The notes under the pieces: model-generated | Database searches by the model: none | What the model was told of the DNA's origin: nothing | What the model saw: the letters and a program-made list of their open reading frames with translations, nothing else | In this document: in pieces, positions 27,324 to 37,700 of the stretch | How the letters are laid out: each line of letters begins with the position of its first letter | How positions within the stretch are numbered: position 1 is the stretch's first letter | Position numbers and translations under genes: made by a program | NCBI GenBank assembly: GCA_002483445.1 | Contig: DLHY01000152.1 | Span: forward strand, 4,021-68,020 | DNA from: Blastocatellia bacterium UBA7656 | GTDB taxonomy: Bacteria > Acidobacteriota > Blastocatellia > UBA7656 | Length of the DNA stretch: 64,000 nucleotides | Direction: 5' to 3'

Positions 27324-29003
27324 ATGAGAAAAGCCATCCTGACGCTCACGCTCGCCAGCCTTTGCCTCGTGTCCGCGCGAACAGCAGCCGACGAGGCCGA
27401 TGCGGTTTTCTTAAACGGTAACATCTATACCGTCAGTGAACGCGCGCCTCGCGCTCAGGCCGTAGCCGTCAAAAACGGAAAGATAATATTCGTCGGCTCC
27501 AACCGCGACGCGAAAGCGTATCAGGGCAAAAGCACTCGCGTCATCGATCTCGGCGGCAATACGGTCGTGCCGGGACTCACCGATGCGCATTATCATCTTG
27601 CCGGAGTCGGCGCGCGCGAGATGACTCTCAACCTCGAAGGCATAACGAGCCTCGAAGGATTTCTGGCAAAGGTCAAAGAACGGGTGGATCGCGCGAGACC
27701 GGGCGAGTGGGTAACAGGTCGCGGATGGATAGAAACTTTCTGGAAGCCGCCCGTCTTTCCCACGCGCTGGGACTTGGATAAAATCGCGCCTGCAAACCCT
27801 GTCTATCTCACCCGCGCTGACGGTCACGGCTCGGTCGCAAACAGCGCGGCACTGAAGATTGCCAAAGTAGACCGCAACACGCAGTCGCCTTTCGGCGGCG
27901 AAATCATGAAAGACAAGGCGGGCGAGCCTAATGGAATGTTTCTGGATCGCGCGCAGGGGCTTATCGGCGCGCACGTCCCGCGAGAGACTCGCGCCGACCA
28001 GGAGCAGGCCATTTATTTGGGCGCAAAACGCAGCGTCGAGCTTGGCTGGTGCCAGATTCAAAACGCGGGCAATTCCTACAGTGAGATCGAACTGATCAAA
28101 AAACTCTACAGCGAAGGAAAGATCAAACTGAGAATCTATAACGCCGTTCGCGGGCCGGGTGCGGACTCTGAGCGATTGCTTCGCGAAGGGCCGATCCTCG
28201 GCGCGTTCGACAATCGCTTCACCGTGCGCGCGATCAAGGTCGCTATCGATGGCGCGTTGGGATCGAAGGGCGCGGCGCTGCTCGAAAATTATAACGATCA
28301 CGACACGAACGGATTTCTAACTTTCAAGGAAGAGCAGGTTCTTCCCATGCTCATCGAAGCTCTCAAACAGGGCATACAGGTTGAAACTCATGCCATCGGA
28401 GACAGAGCTAATCGAACGATCCTGGACTGGTATGAAAAAGCTCTCAACTCGGTTCCCGTGGCTGATAGAAAAATCCGCGAGCCTCGATGGCGAATCGAAC
28501 ACGCGCAGATACTAAACCCTGCGGACATTCCGCGCTTCATGCGTCTCGGAATCATTCCATCCATGCAGCCTTCGCACGCCATAGGTGATTTACATTTCGC
28601 GCCCTCGCGCGTAGGCATCAAGCGACTTGAGGGCGCTTATGCATGGCAGAGTCTCATCCGTAGCGGTTGCATCATCGCCGGAGGGTCGGACGCTCCCGTA
28701 GAGCGCGGCGAGCCGATGATAGAATTTTACGCCGCAGTCGCGCGCAGGGATCAGCGGGGATTTTCAGGCGAGGGCTGGCACCCGGAAGAGAAAGTCACGC
28801 GCGAGCAGGCTCTCAAGATGTTTACCATCTGGGCCGCCCATGCTGCGTTTGAAGAAAATCTCAAAGGCTCGATTGAAGTGGGCAAGCTGGCCGATCTCAC
28901 GGTGCTGTCGGCGGACATCATGAAGATACCCGAAGCTGAGATACTCAAGACCCGCTGCGTGATGACGGTGATCGGAGGCGAAGTCGCTTTCTCTGCGAAG
29001 TGA
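27324..29003 (+). CDS. Amidohydrolase family protein (amidohydrolase-3 type metal-dependent hydrolase), secreted.
   Basis: Signal peptide; VVPGLTDAHYHL metal-binding HxH motif; C-terminal GSDAPVE motif. Confidence 0.85.
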   Translation: MRKAILTLTLASLCLVSARTAADEADAVFLNGNIYTVSERAPRAQAVAVKNGKIIFVGSNRDAKAYQGKSTRVIDLGGNTVVPGLTDAHYHLAGVGAREMTLNLEGITSLEGFLAKVKERVDRARPGEWVTGRGWIETFWKPPVFPTRWDLDKIAPANPVYLTRADGHGSVANSAALKIAKVDRNTQSPFGGEIMKDKAGEPNGMFLDRAQGLIGAHVPRETRADQEQAIYLGAKRSVELGWCQIQNAGNSYSEIELIKKLYSEGKIKLRIYNAVRGPGADSERLLREGPILGAFDNRFTVRAIKVAIDGALGSKGAALLENYNDHDTNGFLTFKEEQVLPMLIEALKQGIQVETHAIGDRANRTILDWYEKALNSVPVADRKIREPRWRIEHAQILNPADIPRFMRLGIIPSMQPSHAIGDLHFAPSRVGIKRLEGAYAWQSLIRSGCIIAGGSDAPVERGEPMIEFYAAVARRDQRGFSGEGWHPEEKVTREQALKMFTIWAAHAAFEENLKGSIEVGKLADLTVLSADIMKIPEAEILKTRCVMTVIGGEVAFSAK

Positions 29004-29011
29004 TACGCCGC

Positions 29012-29509
29012 TCACTCAAGGAACTGCTCAACCTCTTCGACCGGACGGGGCGAAAGATGGTTGTTCATAATCATGCGCGCGCAGGTGTTCCATCTCAGTA
29101 TCGCGTCATCGTTTCCGTGTGGGCGAATCGATTCGGCTTTCTCGAACCATTCCATAGCTTCGCGGAGCCATTCGTAAGCCGCGAATTTGCTCCCCGGCGA
29201 GCCTTGATGTAGCTGGGCTTTTGCGCGACGCTCACAAACGATCCCCGAATAATAAGTTCGCTCATACTCATCACGGATGCGGGCCAGCACCTCGCGGATT
29301 TGAGTGTCGCCTATGGCGTATCCTCTGGCGAAGCGATCCGTCATCGCAAGAAGCAGCGTCACCAAAGCCTGCTGATTTTCCGAATCGATTCGCAGCACAT
29401 CGTGGCATATACTTTCGGCATCGCCCGGTTCGTTGAGCAGGCGATAACGCATCGCTTTTTCTAGGGCTGCCGGGATGGATTCTTTTGATAATGGCTTGAT
29501 CTCGAACAT
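29012..29509 (-). CDS. Hypothetical cytoplasmic protein (alpha-helical).
   Basis: Intact ORF with AGGAGAG SD; no recognised motif. Confidence 0.5.
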   Translation of the reverse strand: MFEIKPLSKESIPAALEKAMRYRLLNEPGDAESICHDVLRIDSENQQALVTLLLAMTDRFARGYAIGDTQIREVLARIRDEYERTYYSGIVCERRAKAQLHQGSPGSKFAAYEWLREAMEWFEKAESIRPHGNDDAILRWNTCARMIMNNHLSPRPVEEVEQFLE

Positions 29510-29528
29510 AGCATCTCTCCTTCGGAGA

Positions 29529-29602
29529 GATGTTAGAGGTTAGATGCTGGATGTTAGTGAGAACGAGTAGCTACTAACATCTAACATCTGATATCTAACA
29601 TC
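29529..29602. repeat. Microsatellite hairpin (GATGTTAG-type repeats vs CTAACATC repeats) between sdhB stop and the downstream gene start.
   Basis: gatgttagaggttagatgctggatgttagt ... actaacatctaacatctgatatctaacatc; the right arm abuts the sdhB stop (29602-29604). Confidence 0.6.
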
Positions 29603-30342
29603 TACTTTTTGAAAATGCGCACGAGCTTGACGAGCGGGTCATAAAACTCGCTGACCACGCGCTCCTTGAGCGGGATGATCGCGTTGTCGGTTATCGTTAT
29701 TTCTTCAGGGCAAACTTTCGTGCAGCACTTGGTGATGTTGCAATAACCTATGCCGTCCGTATCTTTCAATTCCGCCAGACGATCCTCCACGTCGAGCGGG
29801 TTCATCTCCAGAGCCGCCACATAAACGAAGAAGCGCGGGCCGATGAATTCCTTATGCAGATGATGCTCGCGCAAAACATGACAGACATCCTGACAGAGAA
29901 AACATTCTATGCACTTGCGAAATTCCTGCACCCGGTCGATGTCCTTTTGAGACATGCGCCAGGTGCCGTCTTCTGCATCAGGCGGACGTGGCTTGAATCG
30001 CTTGATCTTCTTTTTCACTTCATAGTTCCACGACACATCCGTGATGAGGTCTTTGACGAGAGGAAATGCCTTGAGCGGTTCGACTCTCACGGGCTTATCA
30101 GTCGGAAGGCTGTTGAGCCGCGTCATGCACATCAATCGAGGAAGTCCGTTTATCTCCGCCGAACACGAGCCGCACTTGCCCGCTTTGCAGTTCCACCGAC
30201 AGGCAAGATCAGGCGCTTCGTCGGCCTGTATTCGGCGCACAGCGTCAAGCACTACCATGCCTTCGGCAACTTCTGTGGTGTAATCGACGAACTGGCCGCT
30301 TTCGGCGTCGCCTCGCCATATTCTGAATGTCGCCTTTGCCAT
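29602..30342 (-). CDS. sdhB: Succinate dehydrogenase/fumarate reductase iron-sulfur subunit.
   Basis: 2Fe-2S motif CRWNCKAGKCGSCSAEINGLPRLMC and 4Fe-4S/3Fe-4S cysteine clusters (CIECFLCQDVC, CNITKCCTKVCP). Confidence 0.9.
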   Translation of the reverse strand: MAKATFRIWRGDAESGQFVDYTTEVAEGMVVLDAVRRIQADEAPDLACRWNCKAGKCGSCSAEINGLPRLMCMTRLNSLPTDKPVRVEPLKAFPLVKDLITDVSWNYEVKKKIKRFKPRPPDAEDGTWRMSQKDIDRVQEFRKCIECFLCQDVCHVLREHHLHKEFIGPRFFVYVAALEMNPLDVEDRLAELKDTDGIGYCNITKCCTKVCPEEITITDNAIIPLKERVVSEFYDPLVKLVRIFKK

Positions 30343-32153
30343 CAGCCCATCTCCTCTATGATCTTTTTCAACTCATCAGGCATCGGAGGAATTTCATCGC
30401 GGCGCATCTGCATACTTCCGTCAGCGCCTTTCCACACGATGATGTTGACTTTGCCGAGTTCCGCGTCTTTGTTCGGATAGTCGTCGCGAAACTGAGCGCC
30501 GCGGCTTTCTTTCCGCTCGATTGCTGCGCGGGTAACAGCTTCCGAAACTGTGAGCAGATTGCTCAGGTCGAGCGCGGTATGCCAGCCCGGATTGTACTCG
30601 CGGTTGCCGGTCACGCTGACCTGACGGGTTCTCTGCCACAGGTCGTCGAAGCTTTCGAGCGCGCGAGTGAGTTCATCTTCTTTTCGCACTATCCCGACAA
30701 GCTCCTGCATCATTTCTTTCAGGTCGTCCTGAATCTTGTAAGGGTTTCCCGAATCACTGCGCTCGAAGGGTTCGAGAGCCGCTCGCGCAGCTTCATCGAC
30801 CTGGTCGTTGTTAATATCGCCAGCAGAATGTTCTTTAGCGAATTGAGCGGCGAATTCACCGGCCCTTTTGCCGAACACCAGAAGGTCTGAAAGCGAGTTG
30901 CCGCCCAATCGATTCGCTCCGTTGATGCCTGCCGCGCATTCACCGGCGGCGAAGAGGCCAGCGACTTTAGACATCTCGGTTTCGGCATCCACTCGGATTC
31001 CGCCCATCGCGTAATGCGTGGTCGGCCCGACTTCCATCGGCTGCGCGGTGATATCGATGTCGGCCAGTTGTTTGAACTGATGATACATGCTCGGAAGCTT
31101 TCGACGTATATGCTCGGCGGCGTTTGGGAGTTTTTCTTTTATCCACGCGATGTCGAGATAGACTCCTCCGTGTTCGCTGCCTCGCCCTTCCTTGACTTCG
31201 CGGACGATGCAGCGGGCGACGTGATCGCGCGTCAAAAGTTCCGGCGGGCGGCGAGCCGCTTTATCGCCCTGCGTGTAGCGCCAGCCTTCTTCTTCGTTAT
31301 CGGCGGTCTGGCTTTTGTAATTATCAGGGATGTCGCCGAACATAAAGCGACGGTTTTCCTTGTTGAGGAGAACGCCGCCTTCGCCTCTGACGCCTTCGGT
31401 CACGAGTATGCCGCGAACGCTCGGCGGCCAGACCATCCCTGTCGGATGGAATTGAACGAACTCCATGTCGATCAGTTCTGCGCCCGCGTGATAGGCAAGC
31501 GCGTGTCCGTCGCCTGTGTATTCCCAACTGTTGCTCGTCACGCGATACGCGCGCCCGATGCCGCCTGTGGCCAAGACGATGGCTTTTGCTTTGAACAATC
31601 GGAAGCGTCCCCGCTCGCGCTCATAAGCGAAAGCGCCTGTGACGCGATCTCCATCTTTGAGCAGAGTCACGACGGTCGTTTCCATGTAGACTTCTATGCC
31701 CTGATGGATTCCGTGATCCTGAAGCGTGCGGATCAACTCCAATCCTGTCCGGTCTCCCACGTGCGCGAGGCGCGGGTACTTATGGCCTCCGAAGTTTCGC
31801 TGAAGTATTCGGCCATCTCCTGTGCGGTCGAATACTGCGCCCCAGGCTTCGAGCTCGCGCACGCGGTCGGGCGCTTCTTTGGCGTGAAGTTCGGCCATGC
31901 GCCAGTTGTTGACATACTGCCCGCCGCGCATCGTGTCCGAAAAATGCACCTTCCAGTTGTCACGCTCATCGACATTGGCAAGCGCGGCTGCTATTCCGCC
32001 TTCGGCCATAACGGTGTGCGCTTTTCCGAGGAGCGATTTGCATACAAGTCCGACCGATACGCCTGCTGCGGAAGCTTCTATCGCGGCTCTCAGTCCTGCC
32101 CCGCCCGCGCCTATCACCAGCACGTCTTTCTCGAATGTCTCGTATTCAGCCAT
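30342..32153 (-). CDS. sdhA: Succinate dehydrogenase/fumarate reductase flavoprotein subunit.
   Basis: Start ATG at 32153 (MAEYETFEKDVLVIGAGGAGLRAAIEA FAD-binding motif; GGAG SD). Covalent-FAD region RGGQY, catalytic HPTG and MGGIRVD motifs. The 791-aa ORF-track version carries a spurious 187-aa N-terminal extension. Confidence 0.9.
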   Translation of the reverse strand: MAEYETFEKDVLVIGAGGAGLRAAIEASAAGVSVGLVCKSLLGKAHTVMAEGGIAAALANVDERDNWKVHFSDTMRGGQYVNNWRMAELHAKEAPDRVRELEAWGAVFDRTGDGRILQRNFGGHKYPRLAHVGDRTGLELIRTLQDHGIHQGIEVYMETTVVTLLKDGDRVTGAFAYERERGRFRLFKAKAIVLATGGIGRAYRVTSNSWEYTGDGHALAYHAGAELIDMEFVQFHPTGMVWPPSVRGILVTEGVRGEGGVLLNKENRRFMFGDIPDNYKSQTADNEEEGWRYTQGDKAARRPPELLTRDHVARCIVREVKEGRGSEHGGVYLDIAWIKEKLPNAAEHIRRKLPSMYHQFKQLADIDITAQPMEVGPTTHYAMGGIRVDAETEMSKVAGLFAAGECAAGINGANRLGGNSLSDLLVFGKRAGEFAAQFAKEHSAGDINNDQVDEAARAALEPFERSDSGNPYKIQDDLKEMMQELVGIVRKEDELTRALESFDDLWQRTRQVSVTGNREYNPGWHTALDLSNLLTVSEAVTRAAIERKESRGAQFRDDYPNKDAELGKVNIIVWKGADGSMQMRRDEIPPMPDELKKIIEEMG

Positions 32154-32953
32154 CAGAGGATTCTCCAGTCTGTCCAGATTCCTGATGAGCAAAGCCTGAT
32201 GTAGATGTCGGAAAAGGCCACCCAGAACAGGCTCATCCAGGCCCACAGCATGTGCCGACGATTGAGGGCGCTGGCGCAGATGTAAGCTCCCTGGCAAATT
32301 GGAGCTTTTGACATCTGATCGATCCGGCCTCCGATGAGATGGCGCAGCGAGTGACAACTGAAGGTATAACCGCCCAGCAGAGTCACGTTGACGGCCAAAA
32401 CAAGAGTGCCTACGCCGATGCCGAATGAAGTGTTGCCCGAAGAGTCTGAAAACCACAGCGCATTCCACACGTCGTAGGCGAGGATGACGATAAACACGAG
32501 CGCGAGGTAAAGAAAGTAGCGATGAATATTTTGAAGTATGAGCGGGAACCGTCTCTCGCCGCGGTAAGCTTTTCTCGGCTCGCCCACTGTGCAGGCGGGC
32601 GGGTCTGCCCAGAACGATTTGTAATAAGCGCCGCGATAGTAATAGCAGGTCAGACGGAATCCGCCCGGCGCCCAGAGTATCAGCAAGGCAGGCGAGAAGG
32701 GCAGCCACAGGGGCCACCAGCCCGGTTTCGGCCCGAACCAGCTATGAACCGAATCGCCGAAGATTTCCGGCGAGTAAAGCGGCGACAGATATGGGCCGAA
32801 ATGGTAATGCCCGTTTTGCAACGCCGCCCATGTTGAATAGACGATGAATGCAGACAGGCACAAAAAAACTACGAGAGGCTGCAACCACCACGCGCCGTAG
32901 CGCATGGTCTGGCCGAAGCCGCGTCGCTTCAGGGTGACATTTGTAGAAGCCAT
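32153..32953 (-). CDS. sdhC: Succinate dehydrogenase cytochrome b subunit (b558-type, 5-6 TM).
   Basis: Polytopic membrane protein directly upstream of and overlapping sdhA; conserved His residues in TM helices (HYHFGPY, CHSLRHLIGG). Confidence 0.7.
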   Translation of the reverse strand: MASTNVTLKRRGFGQTMRYGAWWLQPLVVFLCLSAFIVYSTWAALQNGHYHFGPYLSPLYSPEIFGDSVHSWFGPKPGWWPLWLPFSPALLILWAPGGFRLTCYYYRGAYYKSFWADPPACTVGEPRKAYRGERRFPLILQNIHRYFLYLALVFIVILAYDVWNALWFSDSSGNTSFGIGVGTLVLAVNVTLLGGYTFSCHSLRHLIGGRIDQMSKAPICQGAYICASALNRRHMLWAWMSLFWVAFSDIYIRLCSSGIWTDWRIL

Positions 32954-33192
32954 GAGAGTGTAGGTGGAACCTCCGAATCACAAATTGCGAATTGCGACAT
33001 AAAAGAAAAATGATTGCGTTGGTTTCTGTATGAATAAAACCATGGAGGTTCAATCTCATCATGACTTGGCCGAACGTTTATCATGCCCGTTGATTTCGAG
33101 TCAAGACAGGTGAGGCTTTAATCGCATTTCGGCAACGGTCAAACTAGAGCCATTTAATTTTCAGAGGCAGGATCAGAATAGCCCGCAGATGA

Positions 33193-33258
33193 CGCGGATC
33201 AGGCGGATTTACGCTGATCTGATCCGTGTTCGTCCGCCAAATCCGCTTGATCCGCGTT
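33193..33258. repeat. 19-bp inverted repeat (ACGCGGATCAGGCGGATTT / AAATCCGCTTGATCCGCGT) around a 28-bp spacer, directly downstream of the truncated retropepsin-like ORF.
   Basis: Read directly; one mismatch between arms. Confidence 0.5.
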
Positions 33259-33477
33259 CTATTTCCGAAGATTAAATGACCCTACGGTCAATTCGAAAAC
33301 CTCACAACCGATAACATCTATGTTAAGGCGGTCAATGATTTTTCGAGGTAATACAATCTGACCGTTGAAGCCCGTGTCGATCAGGCATTCGATCACTTCG
33401 CTGCCGACAAGTCGCAGAGGAAGGTATGCTTCGGAAGAAGCGGACACTCTACCCAGTTCGCAGGCCATGTCCGCCAA
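33259..33477 (-). CDS. Retropepsin-like (clan AA) aspartic protease domain protein, apparently C-terminally truncated (72 aa).
   Basis: YLPLRLVGSEVIECLIDTGFNGQIVLP matches the hydrophobic-strand+DTG active-site pattern of bacterial single-domain aspartyl proteases; only ~40 aa follow the DTG versus ~70 expected. Confidence 0.45.
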   Translation of the reverse strand: MADMACELGRVSASSEAYLPLRLVGSEVIECLIDTGFNGQIVLPRKIIDRLNIDVIGCEVFELTVGSFNLRK

Positions 33478-33745
33478 TCGTATGCGCCGATTTCTGTCCT
33501 ATTCGGATGAGGTAGAAAAGTTTGTCAGGCATTGCCGAGCGCGCGGAGATGAGGACTTGCGCTCCCGTGTCGCCGAGGAAGTAACTGCCCGTCGCAGGCT
33601 CGATGGCAACAAAATGTCCGGCGTGACGAGATTCAAGGTCAACCTTCAATCGCTCTTCGTAAATGGGCTGGCCCTGCTCGGCAAGGTCGTTTTTCGATAT
33701 GGCTTCGGTTTTGAGTGACCCGCTCACAAAGCACTCTCCCGACAA
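33449..33745 (-). CDS. Small hypothetical protein with an FVAI...G...P...RIG pattern (DUF5678-like, tentative), overlapping the aspartic-protease ORF by 29 nt in another frame.
   Basis: HFVAIEPATGSYFLGDTGAQVLISARSAMPDKLFYLIRIG. Gene-pair arrangement noted; identity is inferred from memory of the family pattern only. Confidence 0.35.
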   Translation of the reverse strand: MSGECFVSGSLKTEAISKNDLAEQGQPIYEERLKVDLESRHAGHFVAIEPATGSYFLGDTGAQVLISARSAMPDKLFYLIRIGQKSAHTIGGHGLRTG

Positions 33746-33760
33746 ACACTGACAAGCAAC

Positions 33761-33820
33761 AAGTGATGAGTGACAAGTTGAACAGACTCGTCACTCATCA
33801 CTTTGAACTCATCACTTCTT
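33761..33820. repeat. Hairpin (AAGTGATGAGTGAC / GTCACTCATCACTT, 14-bp stem) plus CATCACT repeats, at the stop of the downstream secreted-protein gene.
   Basis: aagtgatgagtgacaagttgaacagactcgtcactcatcactt read directly. Confidence 0.55.
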
Positions 33821-34519
33821 CTTGGCTGCCCACTTACCCTGGAACTGACCGGCGAAATCGAAATCGCCCGTCAGCGTTCCGTCCTTGACCAGACCCGACA
33901 TGGTGACGGCTCCGTTCGGAGTGTCGAGAGTGAAGCTCAGTTTGCCAGCCTTGAAAGAGCCGTTGCTCAACGGGGCCGATCCCTGTGCCGACTCGCTCGA
34001 TCCGGTGACCTTCTCGCCGTCGAGTTTCAGCTTGAGCGTGAAAGGAAACTCCTGACCCTGAACATCGACCGTCGCGTCCCAGTCGCCAGTGACCGGATCG
34101 CCGCCCGCCGCGGGGGTCGATGGTGCGGATGGCGTTGACGGAGCGCCTGCTGCGCCATCTCTCTTCAACTCAAGCGTTCCGGTCTGGCCCGCCAGTTCCC
34201 ATTCGCCTGTGATCTTGTCGCCTTCGAGTTTGGCGTTGATGGTGATCTCGTTTCCTCCGGCGTCGAGCTTCATCATAATCTTTCCGCCAGCGAAAGAGCC
34301 GCTTGTGATCGCAGCGGGGCCGTTGGGAGTGTCGACGCTGCCTGATAGTTTGCCGCCATCATTTTTGAGATTGACCGTGATCGGGATGTCTCCGATGGCA
34401 GCGCTCTTGGCGACGCCCGTGTACTTGCCGGTGACGGGATCGGATTGAAGGGTTGCCGCTGACGCCGCGACGGTCAGCAACAGGATTGCCAGCAGGGTTG
34501 CAAGCTTTTTGGACTGCAT
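33812..34519 (-). CDS. Secreted protein with two internal ~100-aa repeats (DPVTG...GKL.G....PNG.....G.F.GGK).
   Basis: Signal peptide MQSKKLATLLAILLLTVAASAA; the two halves align, and a PSTPSAPSTPAAGG linker lies between them. Confidence 0.55.
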   Translation of the reverse strand: MQSKKLATLLAILLLTVAASAATLQSDPVTGKYTGVAKSAAIGDIPITVNLKNDGGKLSGSVDTPNGPAAITSGSFAGGKIMMKLDAGGNEITINAKLEGDKITGEWELAGQTGTLELKRDGAAGAPSTPSAPSTPAAGGDPVTGDWDATVDVQGQEFPFTLKLKLDGEKVTGSSESAQGSAPLSNGSFKAGKLSFTLDTPNGAVTMSGLVKDGTLTGDFDFAGQFQGKWAAKKK

Positions 34520-34794
34520 TTTTTCATTCTCCTGATATGGGGTTTTAATCTTCGGAACTCAAGCCAGTCTACGACGTGAGAGCGGCGAAAGTTCTAAATC
34601 CGTTTATTTATACAGCAAAACAACTGGGGGCGAAAGGGCGCACAACGCCGAACTTTTGAAAACTGCGCCCGTTTGCACATTTCGCAAACCTGCGGAATTC
34701 AACACGACATCTTGCTTCACACTTGCCAAACGCAGACAACTGCGAGATAAATGCACCTGAATCAGGTGTTTTGGCTTTCCGGGGAGAGGGCATA

Positions 34795-37700
34795 ATGCTG
34801 ATCGGTCGATCGAGCAGTCCAAAGGTCTATCAGTATCCACACCTGTACAGACCTCCGCAAGCGCGAAAAGAGATCGGTCATTGGCAGAAGATTTGTCGAA
34901 GCGCCCTTCTATGGCCCGCGATCGTAATTCTTATAGCCCTCGGGAGAGCGGCTCCTCCTGGTCTCGCCTCGCAACCCGGCTCAACCCCATCGCAGATCGA
35001 CCGTCAGTATATTCGGACCGTGTGGACATCGGAGGAGGGCCTGCCGCAAAACTCGGTCAACGCCATCGTGCAAACGCGCGATGGCTACTTGTGGCTGGGT
35101 ACGTTTGGAGGACTCGTGCGATTTGACGGGCTCAAGTTCACGGTCTTCAATTCGGGCAATACGCCGGGATTGAAGGGCAACCGGATTCTGGCACTTTATG
35201 AGGACCGCGCGGGTACCTTATGGATCGGCACAGAGAGCGGGGAGGTGATGAGCCTCAAAGATGGGCAGGCTCGCACCTTCACCACCGCTGACGGTCTGCC
35301 CGGCGGGCTGGTCAGGTGCTTCTTTGAAGACCAGGCTGGCACGCTCTGGATCGGCACGACCTTCGGCCTCGTCTGCTGGCAGCCGGGCAACGTCAAGACC
35401 TACACACCGTGGGATGTCCCGGTAGACAATTGGGTGTGGGCGATCTATGAAGACCGTCCGGGCCACCTGTTGATCGGCATGAATGGCGGGCTGGTCGAGT
35501 TTTCCAACGGCAGGGCGATCCCGCGCGATACCAGCGGGAATGTCTGGGCGTTCCTCTCCAGCCCGCAAGGCAGCCTGTTGCTGGGCACCAGCAACGGGAT
35601 CGCCCGCTTCGTCAATGGCCGGCTGATGGCAGATCCCAGGACGAAAGGGTTGGCCGCCCAGTCGGTCCGCATGATGGTCCCGGACCGGACCGGAAATCTC
35701 TGGATCGGGTATGTTGAGATGGGCATCATCAGCCGCTGGCAGGCCGGAGCATCAACTGACCGATTGGAAAAAATCGATCTGGGACCGAGTCCGATTATGG
35801 CTCTCTGTGTCGACCGCGAAGGCAACCTGTGGGTCGGCACGCGGGGCGGCGGACTGGCGCGGCTCAAGGAACGCAAGCTGAGGGCTTATGGGTCGGAAGA
35901 CGGCTTATCTGATAGCATTCGGGCCATCGTCGATGATGGCGGGGATGGCGTCTGGGCAGCCACCGCTAATGGGCTGGCCCATATATCGGGTGGTCAGGAG
36001 CCGCGGATCACGACCTACCGAGACGGATTGCCAAACACTTACTTGCAGGCGCTTTACCGGGACCGCAGCGGGGCGCTGTGGTTCGGCTCCGGCAACGGGT
36101 TCGATGGGTTGATCCGATTCAAGGATGGCGCGTTTACCATCTACTCAGAGGCGTCGGGATTATCGCACACCTCGGTTAACGCCATTGTCGAAGACCGCGA
36201 GGGCTATCTATGGGTCGGCACCACTGGCGGCTTGAATCGATTCCGCGACGGGAGATTCGTCAGCTACCGCACGGCTGAAGGACTGATCCATAACGACATA
36301 CGGTATCTTCTGCCGGCGGCGGACGGCAGCCTCTGGCTGGGCACGGTTGGCGGGCTGAGTCACTTCCACAACGGCGCGTTCACCAACTACACCTCCGAAC
36401 AGGGTCTGTCGAACAATTTTGTTCGAACCATCCTGGAACAGAGCGATGGGACATTGTGGATCGGCACGTATGGCGGAGGACTCAACCGCTTCAAAGATGG
36501 GCGCTTCACGCCGGTCACGGTCAAGGATGGGCTGTTTGATGACTACATCTCGCAGATCATCGAGGATAATCGGGGGCGCTACTGGATGTTGAGCAACCGA
36601 GGCATCTTTCATGTCGCCGCCAGCGAGTTGAACGATCTTGCCGACCGCCGGGTCAGCGCCATCACCTGCATCTCGTATGGCATCGGCGATGGAATGAAGA
36701 GCAGCGAGGGCAACGGCGGCATTCAGCCCGCCGGGTGCAAGGCGAGGGACGGCAAGTTCTGGTTCGCCACCATCAAGGGACTGGTCGCCATCGATCCGGA
36801 GTCCAGCAGCGCATTGCTGCCTCCGGTACGGATTGAGCAGGTCGTGCTCGACCGGCAAGCGCTGCCGCTCGGCCAGAGGGTGCGAATCGAGCCCGGCCAG
36901 GAGAGCCTTGAGATTCATTACACGGGATTGAGTTTCACCCGCCCGGAACAAATTCGATTCAAGTACCGATTGAGCGGACTCGATCACGACTGGGTTGATG
37001 CCGGGACGCGACGGGTGGCCTACTATTCTCACATTCCGCCGGGCGAATATGTCTTCTCGGTCATAGCGGCAAGCAGTGACGGCGTGTGGAACGAGTCGGC
37101 GGCGACGCTTGCCGTCACCATCGTGCCGCCATTTTGGAGAACGTGGTGGTTTACTCTGCTCGGGGCCTCGCTCGTGATTGCAGTCGCGGTATTTCTCTAC
37201 ACGCGCCGCATCTCGGCGCTAAAGCGCGCGCACGCAGTTCAGGAAGCATTCTCCCGACAGCTCATCGAATCGCAGGAAGCGGAGCGCAAACGAATCGCCG
37301 CAGAACTTCATGACTCTCTGGGTCAGAACCTCCTGGTCATAAAAAACCGCGCGATGCTTGCGATGAGGACGGCAGATGACGGCACTATCGAACAACTGAA
37401 CGAGATTTCATCGACTACCGATCAGGCGATAGACGAAGTATCAGAAATCTCATACAACCTGCGCCCCTATCATCTCGACCGCCTCGGACTCACCCGCGCC
37501 ATAGAAGCGATGCTGCGCCGCGTATCGGAATCGTCGGGCATAACGTTTTCATCCGATGTCGATCAGATAGACAGGCTCTTCGATCAGAATGCTGAGATCA
37601 GCATCTATCGCATAGTGCAGGAGAGCGTAAACAACATCGTCAAGCATTCGGGCGCGACCGAAGCGCGAGTGACCATAAAGAAAAACGGGCGCGAGATACA

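Noticed and set aside
30342-32717. 791-aa version of sdhA with a 187-aa N-terminal extension.
   Set aside because: The extension is Arg/Ser-rich with no similarity. A canonical SdhA begins at the MAEYETFEKDVLVIGAGGAG FAD motif (ATG 32153, with SD), and this start also abuts sdhC.
33365-33718. 117-aa + ORF overlapping the small-ORF pair.
   Set aside because: No start context or motif; it is antisense to ORFs that have recognisable motifs.
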